A DNA stretch of 64,000 nt from Lama guanicoe (lineage: Eukaryota), in the NCBI GenBank assembly GCA_013239625.1, contig MU053588.1, positions 2,924,508 through 2,988,507 on the forward strand, read 5' to 3'. The notes below the pieces were generated by a model. It saw only the letters and a list, made by a program, of their open reading frames with translations. It had not been told where the DNA came from and did no database searches. Positions 41,421 to 53,388 of the stretch are shown here, piece by piece (position 1 is the stretch's first letter; each line of letters starts with the position of its first letter). Made by a program: the position numbers and the translations under genes.

Positions 41421-42679
41421 GCTTAAGTATTGATCCTGTCTTAATCACTGGTGTATCAGAGGAGTTTTGGTGCCCAGGTGTTTTTGATAAAAAAAACACT
41501 TTCTAGTTTCTTCTTAATATTTTCTCAAGGCTATTTAATTAGAAAAACCAGCAGAACCAGCATGAATAAGCAAAGGAAACAGAGCAGAGTTAAAGCCAAG
41601 GGAACAAATCTAATGTGGCGTAAGATATGTTTTTCCCTATTACAGTATCAGCAGTAGCACTACAGGTTACTTCACATCATCTATCCATTTTACACATGTT
41701 TAATCTTGTGTTAAATTTTTGATTTAGCATTTACAACTTATACTAATTAGTTTTTTCTTCATTCATAATTACTTAATTTATCTTATAGCTACTTTATTCA
41801 TTTTTTAATACCTTGTTATTGATGTCTTAGTATTTGTCTTTATTATAAAATTTTATGAATTTCTTCAGCTTGGATTATGTTTTACTTTCTTCTGTCACTT
41901 GATATCATGTATTTTTTTCTATTGCATTTATTAAACTCATGTTATTGCATTGTGGTACCCATTTTTATTTGTTTTAACATATTTCCTATCATTCTGAATA
42001 CATATGTCAAATTATTACAAATAAATTATTATAGGTATTGTGACAAAGGCCCTGTGCACTTATAAGCAGAAGAGGCCTGACCTGTACCTGTTGTTTAAAT
42101 ATATATTTTACAGTGGATATTTATTTGTATCTGTTCATTTCAAATTTGTGAACAACAACAACAAAAAAAGTACCTGCTTCTGTTAGTTTAAAAGTACCTT
42201 GACGGTGTTGTGTGGGTATAATTTGTTTTTTAGTGTGACAAGTAGGAACTGTTTGAAAATAAAGAAGTAGTGTTTATAATGATATAGCCAAATAAAGTAC
42301 CAATCTGGATGTTAGTAAGAATAAATGACACATGCAGTTTAAAATCAATTTAGAGTGTGCTTGAATGTAAGAGAAGGATACCATGCTACAGTTATTAGTA
42401 TTGTGCACTTACCAAGCCTCGCCTGGAATTATTTACTCTGGCAATGTTCAACTGTGTGCTTTCCCCACCCACACAATGACGGCTGCAGTTTAGGCTCTCT
42501 GGTCTTATCTATCTTCCCCAGTTGTGCTAGGGATTTTAATTGCCTCTACTCAACAGGGGAACTGTTAATCGTTTTTAACTTGTCTAATTATGGCATTGAC
42601 CACTATAAATTGTCACGTTAGACACCTCTAAAAATTAAGACCCAGTCAGAGCCTAGACTGAAGCAAACAGATACTCACT

Positions 42680-42988
42680 ATGCTGATCAAGGACGCGATC
42701 TTTTCATTTATAAAAGACTTACCCCTACAATTTCTGGAGCATATGATGTGGACATTTCTAGAGGAAAAGGTGATGCTACTTTTACAAGAGAATTTAACAG
42801 TTCAAAATACCATGTTAAATGAATACATGAGATGGATTTGTCTGTATGCAGTGAAAACTACTCTGACCTTTCTAATCCGGAAAATGGCTGCTGTTATCAA
42901 AAACTTGTTTATGGGAAACATTCTACAAAACATCCCATATTTCTTTAAGAAGGAGCGTCGTGAAGCAACATGTGTATATACAGTTTAA
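42680..42988 (+). CDS. Putative 102-aa protein of unknown family, type II
   Basis: Acceptor TCTATCTTCCCCAG at ~42520, ACTATG Kozak, AATAAA 43203-43208; 67/102 aa identical to type I by hand count, no indels. Confidence 0.55.
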   Translation: MLIKDAIFSFIKDLPLQFLEHMMWTFLEEKVMLLLQENLTVQNTMLNEYMRWICLYAVKTTLTFLIRKMAAVIKNLFMGNILQNIPYFFKKERREATCVYTV

Positions 42989-43202
42989 AAGAAATTATAA
43001 AGGCATATGGAAATTATGTCCAATCGTTGAATTATCCGTGCCTTCCTCGTTGAATCTCAAAGGAAAAGATCAAATACGTTACCAACACAAGCAGAATATA
43101 GGCATGATTGGAACAATTGCTGAAAGTTATTTTCTTTAATCGAAATCAGCTTTCTTCGAATTTTGACAAATTCGCTTGCTGAAGAAATTTGAGACGGACT
43201 GA

Positions 43203-43208
43203 AATAAA
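43203..43208 (+). terminator. PolyA signal of the type II gene
   Basis: AATAAA followed ~25 nt later by GT-rich TCTGTTTGTGTGGTG. Confidence 0.55.
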
Positions 43209-44008
43209 GCTGTTGCGAAATGGCATGCTGTCTATGGTCTGTTTGTGTGGTGAGAGCTGTTGTGGGTTTTGGTGGGCTGTGGCACAGGCGGTAAAAGAAG
43301 CTTCCAGACACAAAGAAAAGTTGAATAGCTGCGCTGCTACAGGCAAGAGTGGGCCACAGAGACGGGAGGTGACCGTGTGCGCGCCGGGGTGACCGTGCTG
43401 GGTGTTTTTTTGAGGAAAGGGCTGCGAACCCAGAGGGATGGCGGAGCGTGGTCATGCCGTGAACAGATTTCTGATTGGCTACAAGTGAGGTACGGGGCTT
43501 TGGTGCATGGCAAGGCAGTGGGATGTGTGACTCGCAAAAGATGGAGACAGAGGGTTGAGACAGACCAGGTCCTCTTGACTTTTCATTGTCTGTTTAGACA
43601 TTACCCAGGGCAGTTAATCCTGCTAGGGTTGGTCGGTGTGACTCAGAAAGGAATGTACTTTGTCTTGTGAAGAGGAGAAGGCAGATGCCTAATGGCTGGA
43701 AGTTTGGGGGTCGCAGGGCCCAGGCTGGCAGCGCTTGGCACCACAAGATCTGTCCGGTGTCCAGCCCCAGGATCTCTGCCCTGGACCCTAGAGGGGGTAG
43801 ATAGAGAGGACTTGTTTGGACTTTAATATTGGGGACCAGCAGAGGGTCCCATTGACCATTGACTTATTTAAGCTTACACAGCATAGTATCAAAACTTGAA
43901 TTTTAATCTGTAAATGTCTGTTTTATTTACCCCACTTTCAATAAGCATCTAGAGGTTTTTTTTTAATCCATTTGAGATCAGTCCCTTTAAAATCATCAGT
44001 TTTTTTTT

Positions 44009-44169
44009 NNNNNNNNNNNNNNNNNNNNNNNNNNNNNNNNNNNNNNNNNNNNNNNNNNNNNNNNNNNNNNNNNNNNNNNNNNNNNNNNNNNNNNNNNNNN
44101 NNNNNNNNNNNNNNNNNNNNNNNNNNNNNNNNNNNNNNNNNNNNNNNNNNNNNNNNNNNNNNNNNNNNN
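44009..44169. other. Assembly gap (N run)
   Basis: 161 Ns. Confidence 1.
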
Positions 44170-47100
44170 TTCGGAGCAGAAGCCCCTCTGAGCCCGCTGG
44201 CCTAATACATCTGAGTACTCCAACCCTCTGAGTGGTGCTTATTTCTTGACTGACCTGTCATTTCTGTAACATTTCTGGCGGCCCCAGCAAGATACAACCA
44301 CGCCGGCCCCTTGAGCCGCTGGACTGGTGGCTCTGGCTGACCGGGGGACGGGACTCCAGCAGCGAACGAGGTGGCGCCGCCCGACGGTATTCTGGGTTTT
44401 CCTTCGGCAATTCGGCCCCCGGGTGGCTGGGCTGGGCTACAACCAGAGCCAGACTCCGTGGAGGGATGGACAGACTCACCAGGTGGCCGTCCGGACAAGG
44501 TAGGAACCCCCAGGAGGAATCAGGTCCTGTCCCAGTGGACAGAAGAGGAGGCGGATCCCCTCCTACAGGAAACAGGATATTTGGATTGGTGGGAGGACTG
44601 TTGTTAACCTCTGTGTGTGTGAGTGAGCGGCCTGTGAAGCACGCGATCAGGCTCGAGTTTGTAGCTCCATGGCATTGTGCTACGGAGTTCGAGTGAGTCC
44701 CAACCTGCGGTTCCGTGGTGACCTCATATGGCTCAGGGCGCTATCGGTCCCTCAGGATCCCGATCGGAGTCAGCGGCTTATACTGACCCGCCAAAGCTAA
44801 GAGGCACCTTCGTCCCCGTGAGGTGAGCGGCCAGGCGGATAGAGCGAAAACCCTCCCTTGTCTTGTCTGTGACATCGGCATAGTGTGGCTACACTGGGAG
44901 GGAAAAGGACATAGACAGCCAATGAGTCAACGCCCCTGTGCCCTTAGAGTCTAGGATGCTATTTCTTTGAGAAAGTCTCCGATCTTACTCTCACAAAACA
45001 CCTGAGACTTATTGTTCCCCTACTGAACTGACCCAAGTAGTGCCCCTTTTGCCTAGCCCAGGACTCAAGTTTAGAAGACGAATTCCTTCAGGACCAGGCT
45101 CACCTGGCCTTGAAGGTCCTTTTTCTAGTCTATTTGTTTCACCATCCACCATCAGTCCCACGCCCCTGATACATTAGTTCAGGATATAGAGAGGATTTAA
45201 TGAAGAAAGTCCCTGGAACTGCTTGAGGCCTTGAGCTCCAGAGACATCAACTGTGACTGGAGCCCAGACTCCCTGACCAAATTAGCCTTCAAACAACTCA
45301 TAGACCCAGCAGGAGAGCAGTCTCTCTTGGAACTCCTGGGTTTTGAGGAATGAAGAAAGAAAAGATACAAAGGCTACCTTCCCAAACATCTAAAAAGAAT
45401 GGGAGGCTCTAAGTCAAAACCCACCACTCTAGACTGCATGATTAAGAATTTCAAAAAGGGTTTCTCAGGGGATGATGGAATTCGAATGACCCCTGGCAGG
45501 CTCCACACTTTGTGTGAGCTTGAATAACCAGCCTTTGGAGTCAGGTGGCCCTCAGGAGGAACTCTGGACCTAGCAACAGTGCGAGCAGTCTATCAAATAA
45601 TCACTGGAACCCCAGGCCACCCAGATCAATTCCCTTACATTGACTCCTGGCTGAATGTTGCCCAGACTCTACCCCCATGGATTCGGTTCTGCTCAAATGG
45701 ACCTGGACAATGCAAGATATGAGCAGCTCAGCTGGTCCAGGCCAAAAAGGACAGATTTAAAAAAAAGCCTATTTTCCAGGGAGACACAGAGAACAAAATG
45801 TGCCTGCCCCCTCCGTATGCCCCCGGGGCACCAACACCTCCAGTCCCACTGGAGACAGCCACCCGCTGTGTCACCACCTCCCCAACCTGAGGACCCAGAG
45901 GCAGAGCCCAGCCCCCAGCCTGAGCCGGTAGGAAGGAGACTCCGGTCAGCACAAGCCAGGAGGCCAGCACCGCCGGCCCTCCAAATGCTGCTACAGGAGA
46001 CACAAGGGCCACAGCAAGCTGGGGAGGACAGGACTGTTCAGCCCAGACACCCTGTACTCTGCTACCAACCCTTTAGCACTACAGCCCTTCCCAATTGGTG
46101 CCATCATACTCCTTCCTACTGGGAAAAGCCACAGGCATTTCAATCACATCATGGTCTAAACAAAATTAAAAAGATGAGCTTCCACACTAATAGCAGATGA
46201 AGAGCCACCGGTAAACCGGTCAGGATTTTTGGCCTGCCCTCCAAGAAAAGGAACAAAAAGTGTCGGAGCGGGCTGCGGAAGACGTCAGAGGGAGCCACAC
46301 CGAGCGGTGGTGGCAGGCACAGCAGCAGCAGCCCCCGCAGCCCCGGCACCGCCCCCAACTCAACTGCCGCCACCACTGCAATGGCAAGTGTCGGGGAGCG
46401 CCGGCCCCTGCCCAGTCCCGAAGCGATGCTGGGACAGTCATGGGGCTCTGTCACGAAGACATGCCAGTATTTGGTCTCTGTCCAGCCCATAATGATTTCT
46501 AGTTGGTGGTGTGTGACGACTGTAATCAGGCCGTCAAACCGCAGGCTCTGATCGACCTCGTAGAGTCTGTCTTTGATTCTCACCGGCCCACCCGGGAAGA
46601 TGTTCGCCAGACGGAGGAAAAGAGACACATTCTCACTGAAGCATGAAAATGGCTGCAGGGCCGAGCCCCCAGGGACACACTGGATGTTGAGGGGTGGGCC
46701 ATGACATGGGCCCCTGACACCAGACCAGACTGGGACGTTCTCTTGGAGTCCTGGCTCAAAATGTAGGGCTATGGCAGCACGCTATGGCCTATTTGTCTAA
46801 ATGACTGGACCCTGTGTCATCAGGATGGCCACCCTGTCTACGGGCCCTCGCTGCCACAGCCCCCTGGTCAATGAGGCAGACAAACTCCCACTGGTACAGA
46901 CTTTAAATGTAAAAGTGCCCCATTCTGTGGTGGCTCTGAAAAACGGTCCAGATTACAAATGGATAACTAACACAAGGATGACCCACTACCAGGGGCTTCT
47001 ATGTAAAAATTCAAGAGTCCGTCTAGAGACTGTGCAAACTTTAAACTCAGCCACATATTTGCCTGAGGAGGAAGGGCAGCCTGACTATGACTGTAAGGAA

Positions 47101-49657
47101 ATCTTCAAGGAAGTGTATGTGAGTCTGCAAAAGCCAGACCTGAAAATTTTCACAAACAGCAGCAGTTACATGCAGGATGGACAACGGCGAGCAGGTTACG
47201 CTGTAACAACAACCCGAGAGGTAATAAAGACAGAGTCCCTTCCCCCAGGATGGTCTGCTCAGCGAGCAGAGATTTGGGCAGTGGTGCAGGCACTAAAGGA
47301 AGGGAAAGGAAAATGAATCAATATATACACGGATTCCAAATATGCATTTGCAACCTTGCATGTACATGGAGCCATCTGTAAGGAGAGAGGACTCTTCACT
47401 GCTGGGGGAAAGGAAAGGAAAAACAAAGAAGAAATTTTAGTTACTGGAGGCAGTATGGGGTCCCCAAAAAAGTGGCCACTATTCACTGTAAGGGACACCA
47501 AAAAGGAAATGACCCTGTGAGCCAGGGGAACAGGCTGGCTGATCAAAAGGCAAGAGAAACAGCCACCAGGGAACACCCAGTAATTAAAATTATGGCAGTG
47601 CCAGAGCTCCCCACTGCCCCAGAATATAGCCACGACGAAAACAAGTGGGCACAGGGTGAAGAAGGAAAGAAAAGAAAGGATGGATAGTGGATCATGATGT
47701 ATAGAAGGGTTTTCATCCCAGAAGGACTAGCTTATTGTATAGTCCAGCAATACCATGAAGCCACACATACGGGAAAAACAGCTTTGGAGGCCCTCCTAAA
47801 GCGATAGTTCCTGATTTATCATCTCCCTGCTCTGTGTGCATCAGTCTCCCAACACTGCTTGCTCTGTGCTCAAAACAATCCAAAACAAGGGCCCACTGGG
47901 CCAACAAGAATACAACGATTCGGATTGACTCCCTTTCAAAATTTAAAAGTGAACTTTACTGAACTTGGGTACAGTAAGGGATATAAGTACCTGCTGGTTT
48001 TCATCTGCACCTTCACAGGGTGGGTAAAACCTAACCCACCAGGACAAAAAAAGCAAGGGAGGTAACAAAGGCTCTCCTCAGGGGTGTCATCCCTCAGTTT
48101 AAAATGCCTACTTCCATCGAGACTGACAACAAACCCACCTTCATGGCAGAGATTGTACAGCAAGTGGCAAAGACACTAAAAATCTGCTGAAACCTACACA
48201 CAACATACCGGCCTCAAAGCTCAGGGAAGCTGCTAAAGCTGCACTAATCATCCCTTGGATCCACTACTCCAGGGTTAAGAGAACGACTTCACCTCAGACA
48301 AAGGGTCTCTGGAGAATTGAGAACATCCCAGGAGACCCGCTCAAGATCAAGATCAAGAAGGACCAGAAAAAGATCGATGAGCCCTGCTCTAGCCACATCC
48401 AGAAGCTGGCTAGTCAACACACGGCCAAAGCTTGAGAAAAGGTCAACAAAACTGTTAAATATATTCCTCTTGTGCTCCCTTGCCTCTTTCCTTGTTTGCT
48501 ATACTAGCCTGTGTATTAGCAGTGGGGCTGGCCAGCACCACCCCTCCTGACTGGAATATAGGCCATAGGATCCTGATAGCTATTATATACCTTGTTATAA
48601 CTAGTGCCATCACTGCAGCATTATGTCTAAGATAATCATAAGGCTGATGTTACTGACGCTAATGCCCTCACTCCCCTTGCTAGCGGGACTCAGAATAACA
48701 GCAGGGGTAAACACAGAAATTGGTGGCATAGCTTCATCCTCTTATTACTATTACCAGCTTACAGGTGAGTTCAGCCAGGATCACCAATGAGTAACAAAAA
48801 CCCTGGGAGCTCTGCAAAGCCAGATTGACTCTCTGGCCAAGGTGGTCTTACAAAACAGGAGGGGTCTTGACCTACTGAAGGCCAAAGAGGGGGGACTATG
48901 CCTCTTCCTAAACGAAGAGTGCTGTTTTTATGCCAATCAATCAGGAATTGTCAGAGGGATGATTCAAGAGTTACAAGACAGAGTGGAAAAGAAAACACAT
49001 ATTTTAGACAAGAGCCCATGGACAGGCCCATGGGGCTGGACCTCCCGGCTAGCATTGTTCATAAGTCCCTTGCTCCTGATTTTTGCAGTTCTGCTATTTG
49101 GGCCCTGTATCCTAAACTTCTTGACCCGCTTTGTCCGTGAGCGGATAGAGGTTATAAAATTTCAAACGTTAGCCTCCAATTATGAGCCCTTGCAACAGAT
49201 AAGTGATGATGCTTACTCCAAGAGTTGTGAAAGCATGAAGAGGGGGGAATGAGAAGGAAAAGCCAGGCTGGGCTAACAAGATAACTCATAAATCTAAGTG
49301 TAATAAGTGTCAGTTTACTGATCTAAGTTCTGCTGGGATAATTCGTAAATCTGAAGTTCAGTGTCAGTTTACTGGGCTAACAAGCTAACTCGTAAAACCA
49401 AGCTCAACAAGTGTCAGTAACGCGATCTGTTCTGAATTGATAAGCTCCAGTGTACTGATTCCTTGCTTTTTGTTGTTTGAGCCTTATTAGCTAATAGCCC
49501 CATACTTGTAATTAACCGTATAAAACCCCCGCACAAGTCTTGGAGGTGCTCAGAGCTTCGGAGCAAAAGCCCCTCTGAGCCCAGCGGTGTAGTAAATCTG
49601 AGAACTACAACCCTCTGCGTAGTGCTTGTTTCTTACTGGACTGTCATTTCCGTAACA
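44170..49657 (+). mobile_element. ERV copy C: partial 5' LTR (to 44271), PBS, gag with ATXN7 insert, deleted pol, deleted env, 3' LTR 49250-49657
   Basis: RNase H RAGYAVTT..SAQRAE; IN fragments; TM motif VLQNRRGLDLL...CLFLNEECC; PPT GAAGAGGGGGGAA. Confidence 0.95.
46126..46546 (+). pseudogene. ATXN7: Captured circularly permuted ATXN7 fragment (copy C)
   Basis: Same motifs; putative back-splice junction 46153|46154. Confidence 0.92.
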
Positions 49658-52014
49658 AGAGGATAAATTTTCTTAAAATGTTAATCCGCCTTCAGTAATG
49701 GATTGTAAAGTTTCTTTTACCCCATAAGTTATCTGTTCTGCATTTACCTTTGAAATATTTTCTTGTTAATGAATAAATAGTTTTTCACATTAATCTATGC
49801 TTTTACCTGACCAAATGTTTCGAAACCTTTAAACAAGCTTCCTAAATATCAAATTTTGATTAGAGTTCTTTTGACCTCCAGTTAACTTTGGGATGCTTCA
49901 AAGGGCCCCTGAAACATGTCAAAGAGAGTTATTAAACTAACTAGACATACTTGGTATGTTAAATTACTTTTAAAAAATTGCCAAGTAATTCGAGATAAAA
50001 CTTTGACTATATTGTGGAGATAAAAGTCACTAATATAGTTATACAAAAATCTAATACGTATCTGTCTTAATTCTAATTTTACCTTGAAATTTTGTATGTC
50101 AGAATATCCATGTTGCTTGTCAATTTCATTCTAATCTAATCTTTAACCATGTCATTTTAAGTCTTGTCATTTATATAAACACATTGTTTTACTCAGGTTT
50201 TATAAAATGAAAATCTTCAGGAAAATTTATTTAAAAAGGGACTTTTAACCAAATATGTTCCTAATAACTAACTTTTATATCATACCCACTGAACTGGGTA
50301 AATTATAAAACTCTAATGGAAGCCTGATGAATTCATCCAGATAAACAGAAATTAATTACATGGAATTGAATTAACTGAAAAATATGATAGATAATCTTAG
50401 TTTTCTTTTTTGAGGTTTTTGAGAAACATATTGGCCTTTATGCTTTATTTTCCAAAATAACCCTTTACTCTTATTCTATAACCTACAAGTTGATAAAGTA
50501 CACCTTTGTAGACAATGATGAAACATCTTTCTCTCTCTACTTGATCATTCCAGAATTTAACTTCTCTAGCTGACTCCCCTGAGGATTTGAGGGTTATTGA
50601 AACCAGATTACAATTAGTTATACAGATCATTGTTTTAATTTTGTTTTTGATTCCAAATTGTTATGCTTTCTATGACTTTATTAATGTTACAAAGTGTATT
50701 ACTACTTTTACTATTTTATAAGATTATTCTTAACTTTCCCAATGTGTGACTTGGTGTCCAACAAGATTGATGATGGCTAAACATCTTAAAGAAACAGAGC
50801 ACAATTATAACCCTACATAGAATAATTGTAATAGTGTGATTTTAGTTATAGGAATGAGCAACAAGTGGTAAACATTTCCTGGATCATAATAGGCTAGTAA
50901 GACAGGTTGTGAAGGAAAAGCCGGGCTGGGCTAACAAGCTAACTCTCAAATCTAAGTATTGGAATACTGATCTGAATTCTGCTGGACTAATTCGTAAATC
51001 TAAGGTAATTAGTGTTGGTTTGCTGATTCCCTGTTCATGTTTTTTGGGGTTTTTTGTTTTGTTTTGTTTTGTTTTTTTGTTTTTGCTAGCCAGCTTGATT
51101 TTCAAAGAGATATATCTGGTTTTGGAATGTTGGTTTGCTGCCTCCCTGCCTCCACCTTTGTGATAATGATGCTGCTAAAGCTCTTCCACACCTATTGGCC
51201 AAATACCCCAAGCCTGTACTTTACCCTATAAAACCCCATGCACACGTCTTGAAGGTGATCAGAGCTTCGGAGCAGAAGCCCCTCTGAGCCCACCGGCGTA
51301 ATACATCTGAGTACTCCAACCGTCCCAGTGGTGCTTGTTTCTTGGCTGGCCTGTCATTTCCGTAACAAGATGATCCAGAGAGTTTCTAATATCAACAGGG
51401 CGTGATCCAAAAACTATCACTTTGAGTGGTGTGTCAACAGAATCTTCGCCTGATCTAGGAATGAAATGGGACAAAATTGGTCATGAAATGTCTCCCAAAA
51501 TATTGGTCGAATTTAGGACTAAGTGGGATCACTGTGAATGAAAAATACTGCAAACCATATCAGTAGACAAAGAATGCTGAAGCCATCAAGTCATCAGCCA
51601 CTGCTGCCACCCCCCCACTGTGAAGACAAGTCTGCAGCCTGGCCTCTGCAGCCACTCACAATGGTGCACTCTGAGGGGACTCAGAATAATAAAGGACAAG
51701 ATACTGGCCCTAGATAGCTAGATGTTTGTCAAAGGAATGAATTCAATGAGCCCAAATGTTTGCTTCCTCCCATACATAGAAAAGCACTAAATTCTTTAAG
51801 TTGAGATGCCTGTTTTTCTTTAGATAACAAGGAATTTTTTATTGTTCCAACTACCTGGTCTTTGTTGTAAAGCTCCTATATATTCTAGCACCTCCCCTAC
51901 CTCTTTGGAGCAGTCCCACAGAGCCGATCTGAGAGGCTGTCATCCTGGCTCGAGTCCTCCCACCAAATAAAAGTAACTCTCAACTTTTAGGCTGAGCATT
52001 TATTTTTGTTGACA
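49658..52014 (+). mobile_element. 3' internal region and LTR (51533-52014) of another ERV family, interrupted by a solo LTR
   Basis: AT-rich internal sequence, LTR TGTGAATG...TTGACA with AATAAA. Confidence 0.65.
50908..51367 (+). mobile_element. Solo LTR related to the ATXN7-ERV LTR (variant U3)
   Basis: TGTGAAGGAAAAGCCGGG...CGTAACA; 4-bp TSD-like AGGT/AGAT. Confidence 0.9.
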
Positions 52015-52358
52015 ATCGGTAGTGACGATCCTGTGGTGGGCCAGTGTGCTGTTTGAGAGCTCAACATCTAAGCTTTTCCCCCAGAGTGGTCTCCGTTACC
52101 TCTCATGTGTAATCAACAGAGTGGGTCTCCCTTACAGGTCTTGGCTTCTACCACTCCTGCAGGTTTCTCACTCACCAGAAAAAGCCATTGCCGGCCAGGA
52201 GAGTCTTGTCTTCTGTGTAGAGTTTCAGTTTTACTGATTAAAAAAGGACCAGAGACATGTTGCACAACGAGAATATATAGACAGCCACTGAACTATACTT
52301 GGCTTAAGGGTTATGTCTTTTATGATAATGAAAGATTTTCAAGGGAAAAATTTGCGGT

Positions 52359-52857
52359 TGTTGACTGAAATAAATGCACAGCCTAAAAGTTGAGAGTTAT
52401 GTTTTATTTGGCAGAAATTTCTGAGGGCTTGAACTCCTTTGAGCCCAGATGACAGCCTCTCAGGTCGCTCTGAGAGGCTGCTCTAAAGAGGTAGACAAGG
52501 AGGCAGAATATATAGGAGTTTTACAACAAAAACCAGGTAGTCAGAACATTAAAAGATTACTTGTTAACTGAAGAAAACCAGACAAATTAAAGAATTTAGC
52601 ATTCTTCTTTGTGAGGGAGGGAGCAAACATTTGGGCTCACTGAATTCATCCCTTTAACAAGCACCTAGCTATCTAGGGCCAATATCCTGTCCTTTCTTAT
52701 TCTGAGTGCCCTCAGAGTGCACCATTGTGAGTGGCTGTAGAGGCCAAGGCTGGGCTGTGGGCTTGTCTTCACTGGGGGGTGTCAGGAGCAGCTGATGACT
52801 TGATGGCTTCAGCATTCTTTGTTTACTGGTATGGTTTACAGTGCTTTTCTGCTCACA
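52359..52857 (-). mobile_element. LTR, same family as 51533-52014, opposite strand
   Basis: Reverse complement starts TGTGAGCAGAAAAGCACTGTAAACCATA. Confidence 0.8.
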
Positions 52858-53370
52858 GGCTTTAAGATTCTTGGGCTTTTGAGAACCTCAGGCCTTGAAG
52901 GGGAACTTCTGGGTGTGGTAAGCACAATGTGTGGGTGGTTTGAGGTTTCATTTCCTGTTTCCAATCAGCCTGTTGCAGCCTTGGCTGGTTCCTCTTGGGG
53001 CCTCTGATTCCCTCAAGAGCCCAAGATGGGGGCAGAGGCTCAAAGCTACAGTGATTATGCTGAGCAGAGGGGCCAAGGTGGGAGGAGAGAGCTGGGGTTT
53101 GAGAGATGGTTAGAGGACAAGAGTGTGGATGGGAGGGGGTAGGTCAAAGGATTGAAGAGAACTGAGGAGGCTGAGGAGGCTAAGCTGTAAAAGAAAGGGT
53201 TAATGAGGATCAGGGATGTTGAAGAGGAAGCCAGCTTAGATGAGTCCCGAGGGTAGTTCCTATGTCTGTCACCCTGTGTGGTCATTGAGGTTCCTCTTGT
53301 ATTTAAGAGAAGTTTGCCTTTTCTGAGTGGTGCTTGTTTCTTGGTTGGCCTGTCATTTCCATAACATTTC

Positions 53371-53388
53371 TGGAGGCCCCAGCAAGAT
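53371..53388 (+). promoter_or_regulatory. Primer binding site, tRNA-Thr (degenerate copies at 44276, ~17075-17092 and ~27343-27360)
   Basis: TGGAGGCCCCAGCAAGAT just after the LTR; resembles the complement of the tRNA-Thr(TGT) 3' end TGGAGGCCCCAGCGAGAT (recalled). Confidence 0.75.

Larger units (their letters stand above)
42030..44008 (-). repeat. Inverted paralog of ~19053-21040
   Basis: ORFs at 43057-43670 mirror those at 19392-20053. Confidence 0.95.

Noticed and set aside
43972..44223. ORFs spanning the N run
   Set aside because: Gap artefacts.
17490..49661. ERV A and ERV C as provably one insertion via a shared TSD
   Set aside because: The 5' flank of A (CTCT) does not match the 3' flank of C (AGAG), and the 5' flank of C is in the gap.
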